From Dehalococcoidia bacterium (GTDB lineage: Bacteria; Chloroflexota; Dehalococcoidia; SM23-28-2; RBG-16-64-32), in assembly GCA_963665775.2 (NCBI GenBank), contig CAXXTF010000002.1, positions 576,001-640,000 of the forward strand: 64,000 bases of DNA, given 5' to 3'. A model generated the notes under the pieces. The model was not told where the DNA came from and searched no databases. It saw nothing but the letters and a program-made list of their open reading frames with translations. Shown here piece after piece: positions 29,037 through 38,609 of this stretch (positions within the stretch are counted from its first letter, which is position 1; the number at the start of each line of letters is the position of its first letter). Both the position numbers and the translations under genes were made by a program.

Positions 29037-29474
29037 ATGGAGAAGGATCTGGAAGCCAGAGTGCGAGAGCTGGAGGACGTTCGCGCGATCATGGCTCTGG
29101 AGGCGGATTACGCGCGTGCGGCCGATAGCCTTGATCCGGAAGGATACAGCAACGTCTTTGCCCATGACGGTGTGATTGAGCTCAACCAAGATGGTGATCA
29201 GGAGACCCAGCGTGTCATAGGCCGGGAGGCGATCGCTGGATTCTGCCGCGAGGTGATCGCTAAGCGCTATAAGTTCGCTATCCACAGCCTCCACAACCCC
29301 CGGATCGTTATCGATGGGGATACGGCCACCGGAAAGCTCTACTTCGAGGTAACGAGCCACACCGTCGCGGATGAAACGGGATGGAGCGCCGGCTCTTACC
29401 AGGACGAGTACGTGAGAACGGATGAGGGGTGGCTGATTAGCAAGAAGGTCATCACGTTCTCATTCCGTGGCTAA
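29037..29474 (+). CDS. SnoaL-like / NTF2 family protein
   Basis: 'ADYARAAD', 'H...NPRIVIDGDTATG', 'YQDEYVRTDEGWLI'. Confidence 0.85.
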   Translation: MEKDLEARVRELEDVRAIMALEADYARAADSLDPEGYSNVFAHDGVIELNQDGDQETQRVIGREAIAGFCREVIAKRYKFAIHSLHNPRIVIDGDTATGKLYFEVTSHTVADETGWSAGSYQDEYVRTDEGWLISKKVITFSFRG

Positions 29475-29503
29475 CGCAGAACCCGGCCCGCGGCGGCCTA
29501 CTG

Positions 29504-30007
29504 CTACCCGAATAGCCGAACGGCCGTCTCCGCGACACGCCGACCCAGGGCGCGGGCCTGCTGACGGTCCTCCTCGCTGACCTGACCGTGAGCCGTGGCC
29601 CCGTAGTACGAGCCGGAGAGCCGCATCTCCTCCGTCCAGGGCAAACCGACGACCAGCATGCCGTGGGCGAACAGGAGGTGGAGCAGCTGCAAAAGAGTGG
29701 CCTCGATGCCGGCAGAGCGGGACAAGCCCGCCGTGAACGCGGCGCCTACCTTACCCGCTAGCTCACCGCTCCGCCAGAGGTCGCCCGAGTAGTCGATCCA
29801 GTCCTTGAGCTTGCCGGTCATGCCGCTCCAGTTGGGAGAGCCCAGGATGAGGGCCTCGCACTGTGTCAGCTCCCCGACATCGGCTTCGTCCAGGCGGCGA
29901 TAGAGGAGACGGGCGTCGGGAACGGAGCGTACGCCCTCGGCGATGGCTTCCGCCAGCTGCTCCGTGAGGCCGCCGCGGGAGTCGAACAGGAGAAGGACGG
30001 TGGCCAT
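29504..30007 (-). CDS. Flavodoxin / WrbA-like NAD(P)H:quinone oxidoreductase
   Basis: 'SRGGLTEQLAEAIAEG', 'ILGSPNW', 'GKVGAAFT'. Confidence 0.85.
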   Translation of the reverse strand: MATVLLLFDSRGGLTEQLAEAIAEGVRSVPDARLLYRRLDEADVGELTQCEALILGSPNWSGMTGKLKDWIDYSGDLWRSGELAGKVGAAFTAGLSRSAGIEATLLQLLHLLFAHGMLVVGLPWTEEMRLSGSYYGATAHGQVSEEDRQQARALGRRVAETAVRLFG

Positions 30008-30022
30008 GGCAGAGGAGGCCGC

Positions 30023-31102
30023 TCAGGCCCGCTCCTTCGTGGCGATGAAGCAGAAGTTGATGCCGCCTCCGGGCGTGCTCTCTACCGTCACCTGACCGAA
30101 TCCGGCCTCAGCCAGCATCTGTCGCGCCTTCTGCTCCCCCCACATCGTGCCCAGCCCCGCGCCACCCAGCCCCAGCGATATCGTCATGCAGCGCATCGTC
30201 GAACTGGCGTACAGAAACGGCCCCATCGGCAGATCCAGGTTCTCGTGCAGGTTGCTCGAGGCGCCGATATCGACCATCAGGAGCGTCCCACCGGGCCGAA
30301 GAGCGTCGACGATCGCCGCCAATACCCTGGCGGGCTGGGCCTGGTCATGAATCACATCGAAGGCCGTAATAAGGTCGTACTCACTGCCCATATCTAAGTC
30401 CGCGATGTCCCTCACCGCAAAGCGGGCGTTGGCAAGACCCATCTGGGCGGCCTCTGCCCTTCCCCCGATCGCCCCCTCCTCAACAAAGTCGTAGCCGGTG
30501 AACCGACTGTTGGCGAAGGCTTGGGCCATCAGATTGACGGCGTGCCCGGAGCCGCAGCCGAGATCGGCTACGTCGATACCGGCCTGTAAGCGCGGGATCA
30601 ATCCGGGGACGAGCGGAAGCGTCACGTCGACGAGCGTCCTATCGAACGTCGCGCTGGACATCTCGGACATCAGCTGCGGGAAGCGGGGATAAGCCGAGTA
30701 GGGCACGCCGCCACCGTCGCGGAAGCTATCGATGACCCTCTCTTCGACGTTGCCGTACATAGCGACCAGCTGGGTAACCGCCGCCATGTTCGCCGGCCCG
30801 GCCGCCCGAGTGAGAGCGGCGGCATGCTCCTGGGGAAGACTGTAGGTGGCTCCGGCGGGGTCGTAGTCGATGATGCGGCCGGTGACCATGGCGCCCAGCC
30901 ACTCCCGCACGTATCGCTCGTTTAGCCGGGCCGCCTCGGCGATCTGGTGGCTCGTTGAGGGAGGCAGGCTAGCCATAGTGTCGAACAATCCGACCTGATG
31001 GCCGATGCTGGTCATCAAGGCGAGCGCCGCCTCGTCCATGATGCCGATCATCTGCCCCGCAAACGCCTCCACCCGTGCCTTATCGAGCTCTTGAGTCGCC
31101 AT
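30023..31102 (-). CDS. Class I SAM methyltransferase with N-terminal wHTH (Rv2258c-like), paralogue 2
   Basis: 'LNERYVREWL', 'VADLGCGSG', 'AFDVIHD'. Confidence 0.9.
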   Translation of the reverse strand: MATQELDKARVEAFAGQMIGIMDEAALALMTSIGHQVGLFDTMASLPPSTSHQIAEAARLNERYVREWLGAMVTGRIIDYDPAGATYSLPQEHAAALTRAAGPANMAAVTQLVAMYGNVEERVIDSFRDGGGVPYSAYPRFPQLMSEMSSATFDRTLVDVTLPLVPGLIPRLQAGIDVADLGCGSGHAVNLMAQAFANSRFTGYDFVEEGAIGGRAEAAQMGLANARFAVRDIADLDMGSEYDLITAFDVIHDQAQPARVLAAIVDALRPGGTLLMVDIGASSNLHENLDLPMGPFLYASSTMRCMTISLGLGGAGLGTMWGEQKARQMLAEAGFGQVTVESTPGGGINFCFIATKERA

Positions 31103-31126
31103 GGGTCCCTCCGCCCGCTCTTCGTT

Positions 31127-32197
31127 TCAGCCCTTCCTGGCGATGCAGTAGTAGTTCCTGTCGCCTGGAACCCGCTTGAACTCCAGGCGGGAGAACCCCG
31201 CCTCGGTCAGCATCTGCCGCGCCTTCTGCTCCCCCCACATCATGCCCAGACCCTCCCCACCCTCCGCCAGCGATACCGTCATACAGCGCATCGTGGAGTT
31301 GGCGTACAGGTACGGCCCCATCGGCAGATCGAGGTTCTCGTGCAGGTTGCTCGAGGCGGCGATATCGACCATCAAGAATATCCCATCGGGCCGAAGGGCC
31401 CTGGCGATCCCCCGCAAGGTCTGGGTGGGCCGGGCGAGGTCGTGGATAACGTCGAAGGCGGTGATGAAATCGTACCGGCCGGGCCTGCCCAGATCGGCAG
31501 CGTCCTTAACCTCAAATCGAACGTTGGCGAGCCCCATCTGGGCAGCCTCGGTCCTGGCCGCGGCCAGCGCCTCCTCGGAGATATCGTAGCCCCTGAGCCG
31601 GCTACGGGGGAAGGCTTCAGCCATCAGGTTGAGGGCGTGGCCGGAGCCGCAGCCCACGTCGGCCACATCGATGCCCGCCTCCAAGCGCGGCACCAGGCCC
31701 GGGACCAGGGGCAAACTTCTGTTGGTAAGCGTCTCGTCGTACCGGGGCCGCGTCGCGTCTGCTATCAGTTGAGGATAGCCAGCAAAGGCGGATAGGGGCA
31801 CACCGCCGCCCTTTCGAAAGCACTCAACGATCCCTCCCTCGACCCTGGAGAGCAGGCCGATGCGCTTAGTACCGGCAGCCATGTTGCGCGGCCCCGCGGA
31901 CCGGGTAAGGGAAATCGCATGCTCTGGGGGCAGGGTATAGGTGCCGCCAGCCGGGTCATAGTCGATGATGCGGCCCGTGACCAGAGCCCCCAGCCACTCA
32001 CGAACGTACCGCTCGTTCAGTCCGGCCGCCTCGGCGATCTGGTGACTGGTTGACGGAGGCCGGCCGGCCATAGTCTCGAACAGACCTGTCTGGTGGCCGA
32101 TACTCGACATAAGCGCAAGCGCCGCCCCATTCAGGATGCCCACCATCCGGCTGGCGAACGCCTCCACCTTCTGATGGTCGAGCTCTTCAGATGCCAC
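31127..32197 (-). CDS. Class I SAM methyltransferase with N-terminal wHTH (Rv2258c-like), paralogue 1
   Basis: Same motifs; long near-identical DNA blocks shared with 30023-31102. Confidence 0.9.
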   Translation of the reverse strand: MASEELDHQKVEAFASRMVGILNGAALALMSSIGHQTGLFETMAGRPPSTSHQIAEAAGLNERYVREWLGALVTGRIIDYDPAGGTYTLPPEHAISLTRSAGPRNMAAGTKRIGLLSRVEGGIVECFRKGGGVPLSAFAGYPQLIADATRPRYDETLTNRSLPLVPGLVPRLEAGIDVADVGCGSGHALNLMAEAFPRSRLRGYDISEEALAAARTEAAQMGLANVRFEVKDAADLGRPGRYDFITAFDVIHDLARPTQTLRGIARALRPDGIFLMVDIAASSNLHENLDLPMGPYLYANSTMRCMTVSLAEGGEGLGMMWGEQKARQMLTEAGFSRLEFKRVPGDRNYYCIARKG

Positions 32198-32234
32198 GAC
32201 CCACTCCCCAGAAAGCCACGTGAGAGGCCGAGCC

Positions 32235-32780
32235 TTAGTCGCCCAGCAGGGTGGGATAGGCCATTGCTATGACGTCCTCCACGTATTCGGAGCGCCAGCC
32301 GGCACCGGGGACAGGGTGGTGACGATCGCGGAACCACTGGTGAATCTTGAGGTATTGCTCCTCCAGATGGCGGCGGCCCGATGCCTCCTCCTCGAACAGG
32401 CCGGGGTCCACGTCTTCCAGGCGCTTCTCCATCTCCTGCGGGTCGATATCCAGATCTTCGCGCCAGTATTCCGCCAGGTAATCGAGAGCTTCCTCAAGGC
32501 GGTGGCGACATTCCTCCAGGAGGGCGACCATGAAACCTTCCTCATCGACGCGGCGGCCCCTGAGACGGACCTCGACAGCGCAACCCTCGCAGAGGGCAAC
32601 GAACTTGCGGCTATCGCAGTCCTCACGCTTTGTGCACGCCTCGCAAAAAGGTGCCCAGGCGCTGGCCTCAGGGGTACGCAGATAGCCGACCAAGACCTCG
32701 GCGGTGAGGCCCCCGCAACGGGGGCAGGAGAGCCTCTTAGCCAGGATATCGTCAATCGTGCGTTGCCAGTCGATCTGCAT
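32235..32780 (-). CDS. Hypothetical Cys-rich protein
   Basis: 181 aa; CPRC, CEAC, C, CEGC, then an acidic helical region. Confidence 0.7.
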   Translation of the reverse strand: MQIDWQRTIDDILAKRLSCPRCGGLTAEVLVGYLRTPEASAWAPFCEACTKREDCDSRKFVALCEGCAVEVRLRGRRVDEEGFMVALLEECRHRLEEALDYLAEYWREDLDIDPQEMEKRLEDVDPGLFEEEASGRRHLEEQYLKIHQWFRDRHHPVPGAGWRSEYVEDVIAMAYPTLLGD

Positions 32781-32854
32781 TCTCTTTCCGGTTAGGTTAG
32801 GCTACATCAACCACAAATTTAGCACGGTTTATGATAAGACTTCTATCCCTGCTG

Positions 32855-33352
32855 TCAACCGGCTTGCATGGCACCGAAGTCCAGCTTAAACCAGCCCGTC
32901 TGCCCCGGTGCTTCCTCCACGCCCACCGTCACGCTGCCAAGATGGGTGACACCGGCGGCCCGCAGCTCCTCCGCCAGACGCCCGGCCAACCATTCCGCCA
33001 GACGCTCAGCGGTGGAGTTGTCGATGGGCAGAGCGACCACATCGGCCTTCGGTATGACATAACGTCGGCCCTGAGAACGAATCTCGTACTCCACGTCGTT
33101 CTCCACGACATCAAGGTCCGAATTCCGCTCTGGCAGCAGGAAGCGGTGGTCAAGCTGACGGCAGATGCCGCCGACGATCCGCTTGACCTGGGAGAAGTCC
33201 AGCACCCAGGAGTCCACCGTCAGGTCGCCCTCGATCTCCACCAGCACGTCATAGTTATGACCGTGCAGAGGCTCGCACTCACCACCGAACGTCGTAAAGT
33301 GAGCGGCCGCAAACCGAAGGGCATTGCGTTCAACCGTAATCCGGTGCGTCAT
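32855..33352 (-). CDS. queD: 6-carboxytetrahydropterin synthase / PTPS (QueD) family
   Basis: 'FAAAHF', 'CEPLHGHNY', 'LDH', 'STAERLA', 'VEE'. Confidence 0.85.
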   Translation of the reverse strand: MTHRITVERNALRFAAAHFTTFGGECEPLHGHNYDVLVEIEGDLTVDSWVLDFSQVKRIVGGICRQLDHRFLLPERNSDLDVVENDVEYEIRSQGRRYVIPKADVVALPIDNSTAERLAEWLAGRLAEELRAAGVTHLGSVTVGVEEAPGQTGWFKLDFGAMQAG

Positions 33353-33423
33353 GGCGATTAGGCATCGATAACACAGGGCTGCGACCCAGATGGTAACTAT
33401 ACCATCTGCACCGCCTATTGTTG

Positions 33424-33451
33424 TGTTCGCACTATATATCTTATGTTGAGA
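33424..33451 (+). other. dif-like XerC/XerD recombination site
   Basis: TGTTCGCACTA-TATATC-TTATGTTGAGA vs E. coli dif GGTGCGCATAA-TGTATA-TTATGTTAAAT (7/11 and 8/11 arms, 6-bp spacer); intergenic. Confidence 0.55.
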
Positions 33452-33516
33452 ACTAGCTGCGCGGACCGCTAGCTAGCCCCGGCCTGACCCAGACTTGGCC
33501 CTCTGGCAGGTGGGCG

Positions 33517-33810
33517 CTATGGCAGAGAACCGACGATGCTCCGGTACTCGTCCTCAGTGAACGCCTTCAGGCTGTTAGTGCGGACGTTGCCCAGCGAGCC
33601 CACCTGAAGAAGGACGCGGGCGCCCGTCTCATCGTCGGGCACCTCAAATACCACCGCGAAATCGTACTCCCCCATGGTCAGGTAGAAGGAGATTACCCGC
33701 CCCCCAGCAGCCTGGACCGCCTGCTTGAACGCATCGAGTCGCTGGAGGCCGTCTTTGACGTTTCGAATGCCCTGGTCAGTCCAGTTGGCCAAAGTAAGAT
33801 AGCTGGGCAT
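33517..33810 (-). CDS. GYD domain-containing protein
   Basis: 'MPSYLTLANWTDQGIRNVK', 'TMGEYD', 'GNVRT'. Confidence 0.88.
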   Translation of the reverse strand: MPSYLTLANWTDQGIRNVKDGLQRLDAFKQAVQAAGGRVISFYLTMGEYDFAVVFEVPDDETGARVLLQVGSLGNVRTNSLKAFTEDEYRSIVGSLP

Positions 33811-34235
33811 GATTCTCCTCCCTCTCTGAAAGCCAGACAAAGCGTTGTGCGCCACAAGATTAGTCCTCGCCCCCCAGCCTGTCAATCGGAATTGTGCTGC
33901 GTTCGGCCGGCCGCTGGGGCGTTTTACGTTCGATCAATCGCTGGTTGGCAAACGCTGGCGGGCCAGCTGCTGGCTGACGCGGAAGAAGGCGCGAGCAGGG
34001 GCGTTGAGACGGCCTTCGCTCGCCTCGTCAGCCGCCCCCTGGCCTGGGGCTATCGGTGGCGCCCTACACAACGCCGCAAATTGCCAGAGGAAAGAGAGCA
34101 ATGCTAGACTGAACGCAGATACTTAGAGTTTCCGGCAGACGGCGATAGGCGAAACAACCAACGCGCGAAAATCGTAATCATTCATGAGGAACGGCGTCTA
34201 AGGCTGGACGGTTATGTCGATTCGGAAGAGGTGAC

Positions 34236-35462
34236 ATGATGTGGAAAGCGGCAAAGTGGGGGATGTTCTCGCTGGTGGTAGCCCTGGCCATCGTCCTGGC
34301 GGGCATCGTGGGATTCGCCATAGGCGAAGACGGCGAATCGCCAACGGTAACCGTCACACAACCGGAACCCGCCCGCTTCGAGATACTGGACGAGATCTAC
34401 CAGATCCTGGGAGAGTCGTTCGTCGATCCGAATTCTGTCGACATCGACGTCCTGCGGGACGGAGCCATCAACGGCATCCTAGAGGCGCTAGGCGACCCTC
34501 ACACCGTCTACATAACACCGGCGGAGTTCGAGCTGGGCATCGACCCTATTACCGGAGCGTTCGAAGGTATCGGGGCCCAAGTCGAACTTGACCCGATAAC
34601 CGGCGACATCGTCATCGTGACGCCGTTCCGCGACTCGCCCGCGGAGAAGGCCGGAATACGCCCGGGCGACATAGTGCGCGCAGTGGACGGCGAGACTACC
34701 GAGGGCTGGTCCGTAGCACAGGCAGTTAGACGCATCCGTGGCACAGCGGGCACCCTAGTAACGCTAACGATCGAGCACGCCGACAGCACCTCCGAGGAGG
34801 TGCCCATCACACGGGACACCATCGTGATCCAGACACTATTCGCCCGCCCGATCGTGGACGCCGACGGAGAGCCAGTCGAGGACCTCGCATACATCGAGCT
34901 GGAGCAGTTCACGGAGCAGACGGTGACCGAGCTGCGGGACGAGCTCAGGCGGATCAGCGACGAAGGCTACGCCGGCCTCATTCTCGACCTCAGACGTAAT
35001 CCAGGCGGCTCCCTGCAAGCGACCGTGGACGTCGCCGACATGTTCCTGGACGGAGGAGTGGTGCTGACCCAGGTAGACCGCGATGGCAGTGAGACGGTGT
35101 TCGAAGCGAGGCCCGGCGGCGAGGCCACGGATATACCCATGGTGATCCTGATCGGCCCTGGCTCAGCCAGCGGCTCTGAGGTGGTAGCCGGTGCCCTGCG
35201 CGATCACGGCCGGGCTGTCCTCATCGGCCAGCAAACCTTCGGCAAGGGTTCTGTCAATCAGCTCCGCACCCTCTCCGACGCGGGCGCCCTCTACGTCACA
35301 ATCGCCCGTTGGCTCACCCCCAATGGCGAGCAGATCGAGGGGGTGGGACTGCTGCCCGACATCACCGTAGAGGCGTCAGAGGACGAGCTGGTGACCGGCG
35401 CCGGGCCTCAGCTTTATAGTGCCATCGATCTCCTGCGTGCCGGCCTGATACAAGCTCAGTAA
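34236..35462 (+). CDS. ctpA: C-terminal processing protease, S41A (PDZ)
   Basis: 'GIGA', 'DLRRNPGG', 'SASGSE', 'TFGKG'; N-terminal TM. Confidence 0.92.
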   Translation: MMWKAAKWGMFSLVVALAIVLAGIVGFAIGEDGESPTVTVTQPEPARFEILDEIYQILGESFVDPNSVDIDVLRDGAINGILEALGDPHTVYITPAEFELGIDPITGAFEGIGAQVELDPITGDIVIVTPFRDSPAEKAGIRPGDIVRAVDGETTEGWSVAQAVRRIRGTAGTLVTLTIEHADSTSEEVPITRDTIVIQTLFARPIVDADGEPVEDLAYIELEQFTEQTVTELRDELRRISDEGYAGLILDLRRNPGGSLQATVDVADMFLDGGVVLTQVDRDGSETVFEARPGGEATDIPMVILIGPGSASGSEVVAGALRDHGRAVLIGQQTFGKGSVNQLRTLSDAGALYVTIARWLTPNGEQIEGVGLLPDITVEASEDELVTGAGPQLYSAIDLLRAGLIQAQ

Positions 35463-35496
35463 GGGTTATGTCAACCCCTCCCCGACGAGGACATCC

Positions 35497-35949
35497 TTGG
35501 ACGACAAGACCATCACGGTCAACCGAAAGGCACGGTACGACTACCACATTCTGAAAACCCTGGAGGCCGGTCTGTCCCTCCTGGGCACAGAGATCAAGTC
35601 CATCCGCGAGGGCCGCGTGAGCATACGCGAGGCCTACGTGAGGCCGCAGGAGGACGAGTTGTGGCTCGTCGGCGCCCATGTGGCTCAGTATCCACCCGCC
35701 AGCGCCAAGAACCACGACCCCACCCGTAACCGTCGCCTGCTGCTGCACCGGAAGGAGATACGGGATCTGGCCAGAGCCGTAGCGGCGGAGGGGGTTACCG
35801 TGGTGCCCCTGCGGCTCTACCTGAAGCGCGGCCGGGCCAAGCTGGAGATCGCGCTGGCCCGGGGGAAGAAGCATTACGACAAGCGCGCAGCGATCGCCAA
35901 GCGGGAATCTGATCGGCGGATGCAACAGGCCCTCCGCCACAGAGGCTAG
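35497..35949 (+). CDS. smpB: SsrA-binding protein
   Basis: 'NRKARYDY', 'GTEIKSIR', 'RLLLHRKEI', 'GKKHYDKR'. Confidence 0.98.
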   Translation: MDDKTITVNRKARYDYHILKTLEAGLSLLGTEIKSIREGRVSIREAYVRPQEDELWLVGAHVAQYPPASAKNHDPTRNRRLLLHRKEIRDLARAVAAEGVTVVPLRLYLKRGRAKLEIALARGKKHYDKRAAIAKRESDRRMQQALRHRG

Positions 35950-36017
35950 CGCAGCCCGTCATCCCGCAAAGACCTACCATCCAGAGAGCCCCTCGCCTCG
36001 TGTTATAATAGTCTCGC

Positions 36018-36372
36018 GGGGACGCAAGGGTTCGACAGGGAAGGTTGAGCCCGGATTGCAAGCCGAGGTCGCCACCACACCTCGCTAAACCGGTGGCGAA
36101 AAAATAACTGGCGAAAACCAGTACGCTCTAGCCGCCTAATAGCGGTGGCTACGTCGGCTCCAGGCCTCTCCTCGACGGGCCGGATCCGGCGTCACGAAGT
36201 CGAGGTGCGGCTCCCCTGACGCCGATACGGGGGCCAAAGACTCATCGGCTGGCCTGCCGGTTACTGTGCTGGCGGAGGTACGGCGGGCGAGACCCAAACG
36301 CCGGCTAAGCTTGTAGATATCCGGAGAGGTCTTCCACTGGACGAGGGGTTCAATTCCCCTCCGTCTCCACCA
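36018..36372 (+). ncRNA. ssrA: tmRNA; tag peptide (A)GENQYALAA at 36110-36139
   Basis: Acceptor GGGGACG/CGTCTCC-ACCA with G3:U wobble, 'GGTTCGAC' 5' motif, T-arm GGGGTTCAATTCCCC; downstream of smpB; extended -10 TGTTATAAT at 36001-36009. Confidence 0.95.
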
Positions 36373-36502
36373 CACCGTCCACTATGGGGCCGACCATTTG
36401 GCTCCTATTTTCGTTGGGGCTCTGAGGCTCCACAAGAGACGGGCCGGCATGGCCCATCAGTGGGTATTCCGAGGTTGTGCCGCGATCGTCTAGCTGCCCC
36501 GG

Positions 36503-36877
36503 TTACCAGAGTGAGTGGATAACCGTAGACCCGTGCAATACCGCAACCTTCACTCTACTGGCCCAGCTAACGAAGGCGCCAAAGTCATCCCAGGTCTCGG
36601 CACCCATCTTCCAATGATCCGCTAGGCCGGCTGGGGTCTCATACACTTCATCAAGGACGAAGCAAGTGTTGCCCGTGGGCGCGGACGACGGGTCCAACGG
36701 ATTCGACAACTCCGGCCCCTTCACGACGTTGTAATGCCGTAGGGCCAGGTCCCCCTCGCGGTGGTGGGTTCTTTCCATCCACGGCGCGTGGCTCGCGAAG
36801 AGTCGGTCGCCTTCCGCTACCTGGTCTGGGGTGGCGGTGAAGATAAAGGTGAGCTGGCTCTTACCCTGATGCGACAT
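36503..36877 (-). CDS. Hypothetical protein (possible dimeric alpha/beta-barrel)
   Basis: ATG 36877 with AAGGAGG SD; 124 aa; 'FVLDEVYE...GLADHW'. Confidence 0.65.
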   Translation of the reverse strand: MSHQGKSQLTFIFTATPDQVAEGDRLFASHAPWMERTHHREGDLALRHYNVVKGPELSNPLDPSSAPTGNTCFVLDEVYETPAGLADHWKMGAETWDDFGAFVSWASRVKVAVLHGSTVIHSLW

Positions 36878-37238
36878 CGTCCCCTCCTTATAATACCCTT
36901 CTCGGTTGTGATCTTTCTGTCCTCCGTAGCCGGGATGTTCCATTTCAGTCAGCCTGGGCGCGAGCAAAGCACGACCGACAACGAGAGGGTCGGTAATAGT
37001 TTCTATCTCGCAGACTGTCAACCTGTGGGGGCGCGGGCTGCCAGCACTCGTATAGCCGTCCGGAGAGCCCCTGAACGATCTCGTTCAAGGAACCGCCGCG
37101 AACGCCGCGATTGCTCGCTCGCCGCCCCGTTCACGCATGCTCACAATTCCGTACACGCGCTTGTTACCGTGCTTGTTACAATGACGCCCCCCTGATATAC
37201 TCCCCCCTAGACATTTCAACGCTTAGAGGAGCTATTGT

Positions 37239-38072
37239 TTGGCCACAGCGGTATCCATGAAAGCCCTGTTAGAGGCCGGGGTTCACTTCGGTCACCAGAC
37301 CCGTCGCTGGAACCCCAAGATGAAGCGATTCATCTTCGCCGAACGCAACGGCATTCACATTATAGATCTCCAACAGACCGTCGAGGGCATAGAGGAAGCC
37401 TGTGAGTACGTCCGCGATCTAGTCGCGACCGGCGGCGTCGTCCTTTTCGTCGGCACCAAACGCCAGGCTCAGGAAACCGTAGAGTCGGAAGCGAAGCGCT
37501 GCGGCATGCCGTACGTCACCACCCGCTGGCTCGGCGGCACCTTCACCAACTTCCACACCATCCAGAGCCGCATCGATCACCTCGTCCGCCTCGAGGATGC
37601 CAAAGCCCGCGGCGAACTGGACGCCTTGCCCAAGAGAGAGAGACTCCGCAACGAAGAAGAGATCGCCCGCCTCAACCGCTACCTGGCCGGCATCAAAGAG
37701 ATGACCGCCCTCCCCAGCGCGATCTATATCATCGACACGACCAAGGAAACCATCGCCGTCGCCGAGGCCCTTCGCGCCGGCATCGCCATCACCGCCCTCG
37801 TTGACACCAACAGCGACCCAGACGTCGTCGATTACCCTATCCCCTCCAACGACGACGCTATCCGCGCCATCAAGCTCATCACCGCCCGCATCGCTGACGC
37901 CGTTCTGGAAGGCCTCACCGTTCGCGAATACGCTCAGAAAGCCGAGCTGGAGGCGGAAGGGATCGAGGTTAGCGCCTATCAGGAGACCGGCTACATCGCT
38001 TCCCCAGATGAACCCGAACCCACCCGCGAAGAAGAGCCCGCTACCGAGACCCAGGCCACCGACCCCGGCTAG
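37239..38072 (+). CDS. rpsB: 30S ribosomal protein S2
   Basis: '[19 protein letters not shown]', 'RWLGGTFTN'. Confidence 0.99.
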   Translation: MATAVSMKALLEAGVHFGHQTRRWNPKMKRFIFAERNGIHIIDLQQTVEGIEEACEYVRDLVATGGVVLFVGTKRQAQETVESEAKRCGMPYVTTRWLGGTFTNFHTIQSRIDHLVRLEDAKARGELDALPKRERLRNEEEIARLNRYLAGIKEMTALPSAIYIIDTTKETIAVAEALRAGIAITALVDTNSDPDVVDYPIPSNDDAIRAIKLITARIADAVLEGLTVREYAQKAELEAEGIEVSAYQETGYIASPDEPEPTREEEPATETQATDPG

Positions 38073-38093
38073 ACCCGGGCAGGAGAGCTACAC

Positions 38094-38597
38094 GTGGCGA
38101 TATCGTCTGAGGCTGTAAGAGAGCTGCGCGAACTCACCGGCGTCGGCATCCTCGAATGCAAGCGTGCCCTTGAGGAAACCGACGGCGATCTGGAGAAGGC
38201 CAAAGACAGCCTCCGCAAGAAGGGCCTCGCGGTCGCCGCCAAGAGATCAGATCGCGCCACCACCCAAGGCCTCGTCCAGGCCTACGTGCATCACGACGGC
38301 CGCCTTGGCGCCCTGGCCGAACTCAACTGCGAATCAGACTTCGTCGCCCGAACGGAGGACTTCCGCCAGCTCGCCCAGCAGATCGCTCTCCAGGTTGCCG
38401 GCACCAACCCCAGCTACCTTTCCCCCGAAGAGATTCCCGAGGGCAGCGACGGCGACCCTAAGGAGCTCTGCCTCCTCCTCCAACCCTTCATCCGAGATGA
38501 GTCTCTCACCGTCCAGGACCTCGTCACAGATACAATCCGCAAGACCGGCGAGAATATCCGCATCCGCCGCTTCGCCCGATTCGAGCTGGGCCGCTAA
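38094..38597 (+). CDS. tsf: Elongation factor Ts (short form)
   Basis: 'VRELRELTG', 'ELNCESDFVA', 'GENIRIRRFARF'. Confidence 0.97.
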   Translation: MAISSEAVRELRELTGVGILECKRALEETDGDLEKAKDSLRKKGLAVAAKRSDRATTQGLVQAYVHHDGRLGALAELNCESDFVARTEDFRQLAQQIALQVAGTNPSYLSPEEIPEGSDGDPKELCLLLQPFIRDESLTVQDLVTDTIRKTGENIRIRRFARFELGR

Positions 38598-38609
38598 GGG
38601 GCGCCTTCC

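Noticed and set aside
33353-33389. Minus-strand CTGGGTCGCAG upstream of queD, resembling the start of a preQ1-I riboswitch
   Set aside because: P1 3' strand mismatched (CCCTG), loop too short and no A-rich tail; probably coincidence, though an Rfam scan is cheap
36340-37200. ssrA-integrated genomic island
   Set aside because: No duplicated ssrA 3' end or integrase nearby
38094-38597. EF-Ts apparently truncated (167 aa)
   Set aside because: Short EF-Ts is a normal form in several phyla; both terminal motifs are intact
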